Part shown: positions 30,664 to 38,876 of the stretch, piece by piece
How the letters are laid out: every line of letters starts with the position of its first letter
Numbering within the stretch: position 1 is the first letter of the stretch
Assembly: GCA_039028615.1 (NCBI GenBank)
Contig: JBCCHT010000009.1
Location: 160,001-224,000, forward strand
Origin: Myxococcota bacterium
Lineage (GTDB): Bacteria; Myxococcota_A; Polyangia; Nannocystales; Nannocystaceae
DNA length: 64,000 nt
Direction of reading: 5' to 3'
Translations under genes and position numbers: made by a program
Notes under the pieces: model-generated
Told to the model about the DNA's origin: nothing
The model's input: only the letters and a program-made list of their open reading frames with translations
Database searches by the model: none

Positions 30664-32400
30664 CTACATCGACAGCGAGCCCTTGCGGAAATCGGACTTG
30701 CCAATCAGGGCGTTGATGAGCACCGGGGTCCCTTCAGCCGCCGCCTTTTTGGCGTCCGCCATCACCCCTGGCAGGTCCTCTGCTCGCTCGACCTTGAGCC
30801 CCTTGGCCCCGAAGCCCGCCGCCACGCGGTGGTAGTCGCTGTGGGCGAGGACGGTGCCGACATCGTCTTGGAGCAGCACGACCTGGTCGCGGGCGATCTG
30901 CTGCCAGCTCGCATCGTTGCCCACCACCGCGATCACGGGCAGCCCGTGGCGCACGAAGGTATCGAACTCCGCGATGCTGTAGCCCGCCGAGCCGTCGCCG
31001 TACAGCAGCCAGACCTCCGCGTCGGGGCGCACCAGCTTGGCTCCCAGGGCGAAGCCCGCTCCCACACCCAGCGTGCCGAAGGCCCCCGGGTCGAGCCACG
31101 ACAGCGGGCTGCGGGGGCGCGTGATGTACGACGCGGTGGCCACGAAGTCGCCGCCGTCGGCCACCTGCACGCTGTCGTCCGCCAGCGCCCCGTCGATCGC
31201 CGAGCACACCGCCATCGGGTTGATGGGGTCGATGGTCTCCGCCGCCTGCGTCGCGATCTCCTGCTCGCGTTCTTGGTCGCGGCCTTCGAGCTTCGCCATC
31301 CACGACTCGCGTGCCGACGTGTTCGTCGGCTTCGCTTGCTCGGCCAGCGCGAAGATCATCTCCGCCGGGTCGGCCACCACCGCCAGCTGCGGGCGTCGGT
31401 TCTTCTTGACGTCGACCTCGCTGCGCCCCACCGAGATCAGCTTGGCCTTGCGCGAGATGGACATGCCGTAGTTGAGCCGGAAGTCACAGGGCACGCCGGC
31501 CAGCAGCACCAAGTCCGCTTCCTTGAGTGCTTTGGTCCGCTTGTGCCGGAACCACTGCTCGTGCGACGGCCCCATCAGCCCGCGCGCCATCCCGGACAGG
31601 TACACGGGTACGCCCAGCTTCTCGATGCTCGCCACCAGGCGCTTCAGCTCGTCCGCCTGCAGCGTCGCCTGGCTACCCAGCACGAAGACGGGTCGCTCCG
31701 ACTCCTCGAGCATCTTGGCCGCGCGGGCGACTGCTCCGGGGAACGGGGTCGGCGGGCGAGGGCGGATGCGAGGCCCGGGCGTGGGGCGATTGGCGCCCGC
31801 GAACACCCGAGCCAGGTGCAGCCGCAGGTAGCCCTGCAGCGCCAGCTCCGGCAGGCTCTTCGCGTCGGAGGCCGCCTTCGCGCCGTAGAACTCCCGCACG
31901 TTCTGCTCCGGGTAGAGCAGGTCGACGGGGCACTCCACGAACACCGGGCCCGGCACGCCTTCTTGCGCCACCTGGAATGCCTTCTCCAGCATCGGCACCA
32001 GATCGCGGACCCGCTTGCACTGGGCCGCCCACTTCACGTGCGGCTCGATCAGCGACATCTGATCGATGTCTTGCAGCGCGCCGCGACCCTTGAGGACGGT
32101 GGCCGTGGCTCCGCCCAGCAGGATGACCGGCGACTGGGCCATCTGGGCGTTTTTGATCGCCGTGATCGTGTTCGTCACGCCCGGCCCCGCCGTCACCGCG
32201 GCCACACCGGGGATGCCCGTCATGCGAGCCACCGCGTCCGCGGCGAACACCGCGTTCACCTCGTGGCGCACGTCGATGATCCGAATGTCGCGTCGCTTCG
32301 CGCCGACCAGGATCGGCGAGATGTGCCCGCCGCACAGCGTGAACAAAAAGCGCACCCCTTGGCGGCGCAGGACCTCCGCGATTTGATCTCCACCGTTCAT
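30664..32400 (-). CDS. ThDP-dependent enzyme, ILVBL/HACL2-like (acetolactate synthase-like family)
   Basis: [53 protein letters not shown]...GND. True start is ATG at 32400, not 33051. Confidence 0.9.
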   Translation of the reverse strand: MNGGDQIAEVLRRQGVRFLFTLCGGHISPILVGAKRRDIRIIDVRHEVNAVFAADAVARMTGIPGVAAVTAGPGVTNTITAIKNAQMAQSPVILLGGATATVLKGRGALQDIDQMSLIEPHVKWAAQCKRVRDLVPMLEKAFQVAQEGVPGPVFVECPVDLLYPEQNVREFYGAKAASDAKSLPELALQGYLRLHLARVFAGANRPTPGPRIRPRPPTPFPGAVARAAKMLEESERPVFVLGSQATLQADELKRLVASIEKLGVPVYLSGMARGLMGPSHEQWFRHKRTKALKEADLVLLAGVPCDFRLNYGMSISRKAKLISVGRSEVDVKKNRRPQLAVVADPAEMIFALAEQAKPTNTSARESWMAKLEGRDQEREQEIATQAAETIDPINPMAVCSAIDGALADDSVQVADGGDFVATASYITRPRSPLSWLDPGAFGTLGVGAGFALGAKLVRPDAEVWLLYGDGSAGYSIAEFDTFVRHGLPVIAVVGNDASWQQIARDQVVLLQDDVGTVLAHSDYHRVAAGFGAKGLKVERAEDLPGVMADAKKAAAEGTPVLINALIGKSDFRKGSLSM

Positions 32401-32798
32401 GACGTCTCCTCCTTGGGGGCCAGCACGTGTCGCGGCGGCACGAAGCAGGTGAGGACCCCGGTGAGCACCACCGTCTCGTCCGCTCGCACCTCCACCTCGA
32501 CGATGTGCTTTTTGCCCTTCGTCTCCGTCACCCGTGCCGTCGCCACCACCGCTTGGCCCACCGTCACGGGGGCGACGAAGCGAAGGTCCGCCGCTCCCAG
32601 CACCACCGTCGGTTCGTTCACCGCCAGCATCGCCGCGTGGTCGGCCAGCCCGAACACGAATCCACCGTGCACCAGGTCGTGCTCGTCCGCTCGCATGCGC
32701 GGACCGGGAACCATGCGGACCGACGCCGTGCCGTCGCCCACCGCCTCGGGCGTGCCGCATAGCTCGGAATCGAGGGAGTGATGGGTACGAATGTCCAC
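32397..32798 (-). CDS. PaaI/hotdog-fold thioesterase
   Basis: [28 protein letters not shown] overlap and GGAG RBS coupling to the ThDP enzyme. Confidence 0.88.
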   Translation of the reverse strand: MDIRTHHSLDSELCGTPEAVGDGTASVRMVPGPRMRADEHDLVHGGFVFGLADHAAMLAVNEPTVVLGAADLRFVAPVTVGQAVVATARVTETKGKKHIVEVEVRADETVVLTGVLTCFVPPRHVLAPKEETS

Positions 32799-32912
32799 GG
32801 GGAGCAGGAGGATACGATCGTTCCCCCGGGGGTGCTCGGTCCAGAGTGCTCTGTGTATCTGTTTGATATTGCTCGGCTAAATCTACGGTTGAGATTGAGA
32901 AGACAATCGTGC

Positions 32913-32942
32913 TTGACGGGGTAGGGGCGGCGCAGGTACCTA
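32913..32942 (+). promoter_or_regulatory. candidate sigma70 promoter of the tRNA
   Basis: TTGACG at 32913-32918; only a weak -10 (GTACCT/TACCTA); followed by a GC-rich discriminator-like stretch. Confidence 0.35.
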
Positions 32943-32958
32943 AGCGCCCGCGACAAAT

Positions 32959-33031
32959 TCCGGAGTAGCTCAGTTGGTAGAGCAGGCGGCTGTTAACCGC
33001 CGGGTCAGGGGTTCGAGTCCCTTCTCCGGAG
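32959..33031 (+). tRNA. tRNA-Asn (GTT); CCA not encoded
   Basis: Acceptor stem TCCGGAG/CTCCGGA, D-arm AGCTCAGTTGGTAGAGC, anticodon arm GGCGG-CTGTTAA-CCGCC, T-loop GTTCGAG; 73 nt. Confidence 0.97.
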
Positions 33032-33032
33032 C

Positions 33033-33070
33033 AACGAAAAAGGCGACCCACTGGGTCGCCTTTTTTCGTT
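33033..33070 (+). terminator. intrinsic terminator after the tRNA (bidirectional shape)
   Basis: AAAAAGGCGACCC-ACT-GGGTCGCCTTTTTT. Confidence 0.85.
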
Positions 33071-33090
33071 GCTCCGGCGAAGGGCCTCAG

Positions 33091-33126
33091 CCAAAGCGGG
33101 CCCGTCTTCGACGGGTCCGCTTTTGG
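33091..33126. terminator. second terminator-like hairpin
   Basis: CCAAAGCGGGCCCGTC-TTC-GACGGGTCCGCTTTTGG. Confidence 0.65.
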
Positions 33127-33153
33127 TCGAGCCCCTCTGGGTAGGAGCGGGAG

Positions 33154-33183
33154 AAGAAGGCGGCCCCTTGGGGGCGCCTTCTT
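33154..33183. terminator. third terminator-like hairpin
   Basis: AAGAAGGCG-GCCCC-TTG-GGGGC-GCCTTCTT (near-perfect stem with a small bulge). Confidence 0.6.
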
Positions 33184-33249
33184 TGGTGTTGGGCGAAGGA
33201 CCTCCGGCTCGGTTTTCGAGAACGCGATGGACCTGCGTCTCGGGTGGGG

Positions 33250-33657
33250 TCATCCATCGGGTTTCTGAGCCCAGAGGCTGTCGTCGTTCCATGTCGCCCA
33301 GACGAACCAGGCGAGGTTGCCGGTGTCGAGGGATACGAAGAGCAGGACCAGTGCGCTGGTGAGGGTGCTTGGGGGGCAGAGGTACAGGCCGGGGAGGACG
33401 AGCATCCCGAGCATGGGGATGCCGGAGATGTGGCGCTGTGCTTCCTCGGTTTGGTGGAGGCGTCGTAGCAGCCATGGGCGGAGGAACCATAGGTAGAGGT
33501 TCAGCAGGCTGATCAGGCCGCCCAAGGCAATGAGTCCGTAGCCGGCGAGTGCGAAGGTTCCCGAGCCCAGTCTCCAGTCGGAGGCGAAGCTGGCGATCGG
33601 GATCGCGAACACGGCCAGCGCGGTGGCGACTCCGGCGGCTCGCGTCGCGTTGCGCAT
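33250..33657 (-). CDS. hypothetical membrane protein
   Basis: About four hydrophobic segments; SGIPMLG and LDTG motifs. Confidence 0.6.
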   Translation of the reverse strand: MRNATRAAGVATALAVFAIPIASFASDWRLGSGTFALAGYGLIALGGLISLLNLYLWFLRPWLLRRLHQTEEAQRHISGIPMLGMLVLPGLYLCPPSTLTSALVLLFVSLDTGNLAWFVWATWNDDSLWAQKPDG

Positions 33658-33814
33658 GTCACCAGTCTACGGCGGCGATGATGCGAACGCTCGTGGTCGA
33701 AGGCGATTGACGCGATGGCAGCGAAGAGGGCGAGCGTGGACGAGCCGTCTCGTAGCGAGGCCTGGTTTGCCTCATCGCAGCATGAGGAAGCGAGAAGAGT
33801 GGTGGGGCTCGTGG

Positions 33815-35353
33815 CTACCGGTGGGGGCGTTCGATGCCCAGCTTGTTCATACGAAAGCGGAGGGTGCTGGGGTTCATCCCGAGGGCTTCGGCCGCGCCGC
33901 CTCGCCCGGCGACCTGCCAGTCGTAGCGTTCGAGGGTGTCGCGGAGGTGAGCCGCGACGGCTTCGTCGAGGGTGAGGACCCGGCCGTCGGCTCGCTTGGG
34001 GCTCGGCCGACGCGAGATGGCGGTCGCGCCGAAGCTCGGGAACTCGAGTCGGCCACCGCGGCTCAGGATCAGCGCTCGTTCGACGATGTTCTGGAGCTCG
34101 CGGACGTTGCCGGGCCAGTCGTAGCGCTCGAGGCGAGCCAGATCGCGGCCCTGGACTCCAGGCACGTGCGGGAGGTTCATCTCCTGGGCCTTGCGCTCGA
34201 CGAAGTAACGGACGAGCGAGGGGATGTCTTCGCGTCGGAGCCGGAGGGGTGGGATGCGGATGGGGAAGACGTTGAGGCGATACCAAAGGTCCTCGCGGAA
34301 GGTGCCGTCGCGGACCATCTGCTCGAGGTCCCGATGCGTGGCCGCGATGACGCGGACGTCGGTGTCCACGGTCTCGATGCCCCCCACGCGTTCGAAGCGA
34401 TGTTCCTGGAGGATACGGAGCAGCTTGACCTGCGCTTCGGGGCTGAGCTCGCCGATCTCGTCGAGGAAGAGCGTGCCGCCGTGTGCTCGTTCGAAGCGTC
34501 CTCGCTTGCGGGCCACGGCTCCGGTGAACGCTCCCTTTTCGTGGCCGAACAGCTCGCTGTCGAGGAGCGTGTCGGGAATGGCTCCGCACTGCATGGAGAT
34601 CATCGGCCCGCTGCCGCGCGGCGAGGCGGTGTGGATGGCATTGGCGATGACCTCCTTGCCCGTCCCGGTCTCCCCCAGCAGCAGGGTGGGGCTGTTGGAG
34701 ACCGCGACTTGTCGCACCTGGTCCATCACGCCGCGAAGTCCGAAGTCGGCCCCCACCACCTGAATCCCGACTTTGCGCTTGATGTCGGCCGCGAGCGCGG
34801 CGTTGTCCTCCGCCAGGCGGTCCTTGAGGGCAGACAGCTCTTCGTAGCGTCGCGCGTTCATCATCGCGATTGCGAAGGGGTCGCGGACGGAGTGGAGCAG
34901 GCGGCCATGTGCGGCGGTGAAGCGGCCGAGCCCTCGGCCGGACACCAACAATGCCCCGACGTTTACGCCGCCCGAGTCCAGGTTGACGAAGATCGCGGAA
35001 TCGGTGTGCAACCCGGGAAATGCCTCGAGCAGGGCCCCGACGTTGCCCTCGGGCCCGTTCGAGATGGTGGCCGGTTGATTGGGAGGCAGCGAGCGCGAGT
35101 GCTCGAGCAGGCCTGGTGTCATGTCGATGGCAGGTGCACCCGCCGTCCACACGTAGCGCGCCCCGGGGTGGGAGACCTTCGCGATCACCTTGATCTGCAT
35201 CGCGTCGAAGTCGTTGAACCCCAACCCCATCGTCTCGATGGGGATGTGCCGTCGGACATACGCGAACGCGTTCCGCAGGGCTTCGTCGATGTCGAGCGTG
35301 CCGCAGATGTGCCGGGTCGTCTCGCGGAAGAAGGCCGTCTCTGGGGTCGACAT
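33815..35353 (-). CDS. sigma-54-dependent transcriptional activator (GAF-like + AAA+ + HTH; FhlA-like architecture)
   Basis: GETGTGKE, SELFGHEKGAFTGA, LFLDEIGE, FREDLWYRLNVFPI, WPGNVRELQN, GAAEALGMNPSTLRFRMNKLGI. Confidence 0.95.
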   Translation of the reverse strand: MSTPETAFFRETTRHICGTLDIDEALRNAFAYVRRHIPIETMGLGFNDFDAMQIKVIAKVSHPGARYVWTAGAPAIDMTPGLLEHSRSLPPNQPATISNGPEGNVGALLEAFPGLHTDSAIFVNLDSGGVNVGALLVSGRGLGRFTAAHGRLLHSVRDPFAIAMMNARRYEELSALKDRLAEDNAALAADIKRKVGIQVVGADFGLRGVMDQVRQVAVSNSPTLLLGETGTGKEVIANAIHTASPRGSGPMISMQCGAIPDTLLDSELFGHEKGAFTGAVARKRGRFERAHGGTLFLDEIGELSPEAQVKLLRILQEHRFERVGGIETVDTDVRVIAATHRDLEQMVRDGTFREDLWYRLNVFPIRIPPLRLRREDIPSLVRYFVERKAQEMNLPHVPGVQGRDLARLERYDWPGNVRELQNIVERALILSRGGRLEFPSFGATAISRRPSPKRADGRVLTLDEAVAAHLRDTLERYDWQVAGRGGAAEALGMNPSTLRFRMNKLGIERPHR

Positions 35354-35358
35354 TGCTG

Positions 35359-35414
35359 GCGCAATATACTGCGCTAACGCAATATGTTGCTCTCCACGGC
35401 GCAGTATATTGCGT
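35359..35414. promoter_or_regulatory. three palindromic upstream activator sites
   Basis: GCGCAATATACTGCGC (35359-74), ACGCAATATGTTGCTC (35377-92), GCGCAGTATATTGCGT (35399-414); site 3 is the reverse complement of site 1 at 15/16 positions. Confidence 0.8.
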
Positions 35415-35466
35415 AATGGCGATGCCGGAAATCCAACTAGTCTATTGTTTTTAGGTGTTTATGAGA

Positions 35467-35482
35467 TGTCACGGGGCGTGCT
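35467..35482 (+). promoter_or_regulatory. candidate sigma-54 -24/-12 promoter (variant)
   Basis: TGTCACG-GGGC-GTGCT versus consensus TGGCACG-N4-TTGCW; correct spacing, AT-rich tract upstream, GAGGAG RBS downstream. Confidence 0.55.
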
Positions 35483-35509
35483 TTGAAAGGCGTCGAGGAG
35501 CACGATCAG

Positions 35510-36424
35510 ATGGACGCAGCTCAGACCACCGCGTTTTTGGAGGGCCTGGCCCACACCTTGGCCAAGCCCGTACGAACCCCGATTCTTCGCAAGCCCGACG
35601 AGTACGGACTGGCCTACGAGGAGGTCACCTTCACCGCCGATGACGGCGTCGAACTGCACGGGTGGTTCATCCCGGGAAGCTCGAACGAGCTGATCATCCA
35701 CAACCACTTTTCTCCCGCGACTCGCTACGGCTTTCCGGGGCACTTGGAGGGCTTCGAGGCGTCCGGCGGCTTCGAGGTGAACTTCCTGCCGAAGTACAAG
35801 GCGCTCCACGACGCGGGCTACAACATCCTGACCTACGACATGCGCAACCACGGGCAGAGCAGCGCCTCGCCCAACGAGCTGTGCGGCGTGGGTTATTGGG
35901 AGTGGCAGGACGTGGTGGGCTCGCTGCAGTTCGCCAGGACCTGGGACCGCACGGCGGGCATGCGCATCAGCCTACAGAGCATGTGTATGGGGGCGAACTC
36001 CACCCTCCGCGCCATGCAGAAGCGCCCGGAGGCGTTCGCCGACATCCGCAGCTGGATCCTCATCCAACCCCTCCACGGACAGACCTGTATCGAGCGTAGC
36101 TGCGAAGCGATGGGGATCGACGTGGGCAGCGGGCTGAAGGAGTTCGCACCGATCAACGAGGCGCTCACCGGGCTGACCTTCGCCGACCACGACATGCGTC
36201 CTCTGATCCGACACGTGAAGATCCCGACGCTCATGCTGCAAGTCCGTCAGGACATGGTCTCGCGCGAGTCCGACATCCAAGAGCTCTTCGAGATGCTGGA
36301 GGTCGAGGACAAAGACATCATCTGGGTCGAAGACACGCCGTGGCGCTTCCACGGGTACACGTACTTCTCCGAGCACCCCGAGCGCATGGTGCAGTGGTAC
36401 GATGCCCACTCGGGTCGGGGCTGA
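35510..36424 (+). CDS. alpha/beta hydrolase (Cys at nucleophile elbow)
   Basis: YEEVTFTADDGVELHGWFIPG, LHDAGYNILTYDMRNHGQS, SMCMGA, IPTLMLQ; ATG at 35510 after GAGGAG. Confidence 0.88.
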   Translation: MDAAQTTAFLEGLAHTLAKPVRTPILRKPDEYGLAYEEVTFTADDGVELHGWFIPGSSNELIIHNHFSPATRYGFPGHLEGFEASGGFEVNFLPKYKALHDAGYNILTYDMRNHGQSSASPNELCGVGYWEWQDVVGSLQFARTWDRTAGMRISLQSMCMGANSTLRAMQKRPEAFADIRSWILIQPLHGQTCIERSCEAMGIDVGSGLKEFAPINEALTGLTFADHDMRPLIRHVKIPTLMLQVRQDMVSRESDIQELFEMLEVEDKDIIWVEDTPWRFHGYTYFSEHPERMVQWYDAHSGRG

Positions 36425-36430
36425 GCCCCC

Positions 36431-36733
36431 ATGAAGTGGATTGAGCTCATTCGGGTGCGGTCCTCGGAGGCGACCCTCCGCGCGGCCCTCCCGACGCTGG
36501 CGGAGCAGATCCGTGAACTCGAATCGTCGAGACCGGATGTCGAGACCCTGTTCCTGCAGCATGCCCTGTACGACGGGGACCTCGCCGTCGTGGCGATCTG
36601 GCAGACGGACTCGCCAGCCGCGAAGACCCGCGAGGGCCTCCTGGTCGCGGAGAGCCTGGCCGGGCTGGGCACCGTGGACCATGCCGTCTGGATTCCCACC
36701 TCTGAACTCTCGAACACACCAAGAAGGATTTGA
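36431..36733 (+). CDS. small hypothetical protein in the hydrolase operon
   Basis: Tightly packed between the two hydrolases; MKWIELIRVRS...LGTVDHAVW. Confidence 0.7.
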   Translation: MKWIELIRVRSSEATLRAALPTLAEQIRELESSRPDVETLFLQHALYDGDLAVVAIWQTDSPAAKTREGLLVAESLAGLGTVDHAVWIPTSELSNTPRRI

Positions 36734-36736
36734 ACC

Positions 36737-37612
36737 ATGTTCGCCGAACGCATTTCAGACATGATGATCAAGCCGGGAAGCTCTCCCGTCTTCGGCACCC
36801 CGGCCGACTACGGCCTCGACTACGAAGACGTGGCGTTCGACGCCAGTGACGGCGTCACCCTTCGTGGCTGGCTCGTCAAGGGAGGCACCGACAAGGTCAT
36901 CGTGCAGTCGCACTTCGGAGTGCAGAGCAGCCGGGCGGGCTTTACCCCCGAAGGCAAAGGCATGATCAAGCTATGGAAGGCGGACATCCCTTTCCTGCGT
37001 CATGTGAAGGCCCTCGTGGACGCGGGCTACTCCGTGCTGATGTATGACTTTCGTAACCACGGGGACAGCGATGCCGGCACGTGTCCGTGGGTGTCGTGGG
37101 GCCCCGAGGAACACAAGGACGTGCTGGCCGCGGTGAAGTTCGTCAGCGAGCATCCCGAGTACGGGTCTGCGGACATCGGGCTGCTCAGCATCTGCATGGG
37201 CGCGGCGTCGACCACCTACGCATACGGCAAGGAAGACGGGCTCGCAGCGTTCCCCAAGATCAAGGCGTTGCTGGCGGTGCAGCCTCTGCTCTATCCCGAC
37301 TTCGTGCACGGGCTCGGGATCCCCGGCTTTCTCAGTCGGGGCGCGAGCAAGGTGAACCTGGAGCGCACGGGAATCGACCTGGACACGACCTCGTTCCTAC
37401 CCCACGTCAAGGACATCCCCGTGCCCACGCTCGTCGTCCAGAACAAGAACGACCCGTGGGCGAATGCCGAGCGAGTGCAGCAGTATCACGATGAGCTGAA
37501 GGTCGAAAAAGACCTCCTGTGGCTGGACCTGTCCAAGGACCGCGCCGCGGCGTACCACCACCTGGGCGAGCACCCGGAAATCGTCGTCGACTTCTTCGGC
37601 AAGCACATGTAA
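36737..37612 (+). CDS. alpha/beta hydrolase, paralogue of 35510-36424
   Basis: YEDVAFDASDGVTLRGW, AGYSVLMYDFRNHGDS, SICMGA, VPTLVVQ; AAGGA RBS. Confidence 0.88.
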   Translation: MFAERISDMMIKPGSSPVFGTPADYGLDYEDVAFDASDGVTLRGWLVKGGTDKVIVQSHFGVQSSRAGFTPEGKGMIKLWKADIPFLRHVKALVDAGYSVLMYDFRNHGDSDAGTCPWVSWGPEEHKDVLAAVKFVSEHPEYGSADIGLLSICMGAASTTYAYGKEDGLAAFPKIKALLAVQPLLYPDFVHGLGIPGFLSRGASKVNLERTGIDLDTTSFLPHVKDIPVPTLVVQNKNDPWANAERVQQYHDELKVEKDLLWLDLSKDRAAAYHHLGEHPEIVVDFFGKHM

Positions 37613-37631
37613 GCCGCGCGGGAGTTTTACG

Positions 37632-37672
37632 CACCGCCGTCACCACGAGCGAAGCGCGTGGTGGGGGCGGTG
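37632..37672. terminator. imperfect hairpin between convergent genes
   Basis: CACCGCCGTCACCACG...CGTGGTGGGGGCGGTG. Confidence 0.4.
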
Positions 37673-37706
37673 GGCGTTTGCGACTTTGCGACCGCGGACG
37701 GCGACA

Positions 37707-38516
37707 CTAGGCCGGCGGCTTGGTCACGATCGCGAACTGCCCCGCGTTGCGTGCGATCTCGGCGTCAATCTGTGCCTGAGTTGCGTGCGGGGGCCCAAAG
37801 AACGCAGGGCGAGAAAAGGGGATCGTCAGGCCCGTACGAAAACTCGGCCGCTCGTGCAGCATGTCGATCCACGCCCGGAGATGGGGCTTGTCCGAGACGT
37901 CGGCGTTGGCCCAGTACGCGCTCGCGCAGTAGGCAAAGCACGCCACGTCGACGAGCGTGCATTGCTCTCCGAGAACGAAGGGGCCGCCGGAGCTTCGGAG
38001 CCGGTCGTCGAGCATGCCCAGGCAGCGCTCGGCCTCTGCGATGAACCGACCGATGGCGAACGGGTCGTCGTGGCCTTGCACCTTGGCGAGTCGCTGGAAG
38101 TACATCGCTTGGCCCATCGCGGGGCCGAGACCGCTCACCTGCCAGTAGAGCCATTGCTTGACCTGAAGGTGGAGCCGTCGGTCGTCGTCGGCCGAGGGAA
38201 GGAGCGAGCTTCCGAAGCGCGTGGCTGCGTACTCGAGGATGGCCCCGGATTCGGCCACGGTCACGCCGTGCGTGCGATCGATGAGCGCCGGGATGCGGCC
38301 GTTGGGGTTGACGGCCAAAAATCGCTCGCTGCGTTGCTCGCCCTCGGCGAAGTCGACCAGCGCCCAATCGTAGGGGACGCCCATCTCCTCGAAGAGGATG
38401 GGGAGCTTCCAGCCGTTTTGGGTCGCGTAGATGAGACAGCAGACTTCGCTATGCGAGCTGCTGTTCCATGCGTCGTCGAGGGCGACTTGGCGGGCGAGGG
38501 GGGAGGGGCTCGTCAT
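37707..38516 (-). CDS. glutathione S-transferase (YghU/YfcG/Ure2-like)
   Basis: TQNGWK, FLAVNPNGRIPAL, ESGAILEY, QWLYWQVSGLGP, TLVDVA. Confidence 0.9.
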   Translation of the reverse strand: MTSPSPLARQVALDDAWNSSSHSEVCCLIYATQNGWKLPILFEEMGVPYDWALVDFAEGEQRSERFLAVNPNGRIPALIDRTHGVTVAESGAILEYAATRFGSSLLPSADDDRRLHLQVKQWLYWQVSGLGPAMGQAMYFQRLAKVQGHDDPFAIGRFIAEAERCLGMLDDRLRSSGGPFVLGEQCTLVDVACFAYCASAYWANADVSDKPHLRAWIDMLHERPSFRTGLTIPFSRPAFFGPPHATQAQIDAEIARNAGQFAIVTKPPA

Positions 38517-38876
38517 AGTGGTCCTGCTAGGGGGTGTGCGGAGTATGTACCGCGTCGGGACGGACTAGATCCGTAGGGCGGTCGGGGGAACCCGTGCTCA
38601 CGACTCTTGCCATCGCGGTCGCGCTTTGCAGGCGAGGACCGGCCAGCCGGGGCTCGCATCATGCTCGTCGCCAGGGTGTCCGCCCTCGGGACGGACGAAA
38701 AAAGTGCGAGCGGTGGAAATGATTCTGTTAGATGCCCGCGGCAGACGACCTACAGATTCTCGAAGTGTCGGTGCTGCCTTCCCCCTGGTAGCGCCGCCGC
38801 TCGTGCGCCGTCGTTCGTTCGCCGATCTCCCGGTGCGTGTACGCCCTCGTATTGAACCCCGACCCGATTCGACCCC

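Noticed and set aside
30625..32781. 718-aa plus-strand ORF
   Set aside because: Antisense shadow of the ThDP enzyme and thioesterase; long stop-free antisense frames are expected with high GC3.
32401..33051. N-terminal extension of the 795-aa ORF 30664-33051
   Set aside because: It overlaps the thioesterase gene and the tRNA antisense; the ThDP enzyme begins at ATG 32400 with its own RBS.
33623..35377. 584-aa plus-strand ORF
   Set aside because: Antisense shadow of the sigma-54 activator; no motifs.
38784..38796. ops-like element (CCTGGTAGCGCC) upstream of the VWA/eCIS operon
   Set aside because: Only a partial match to GGCGGTAGnnTG; likely chance in GC-rich DNA.
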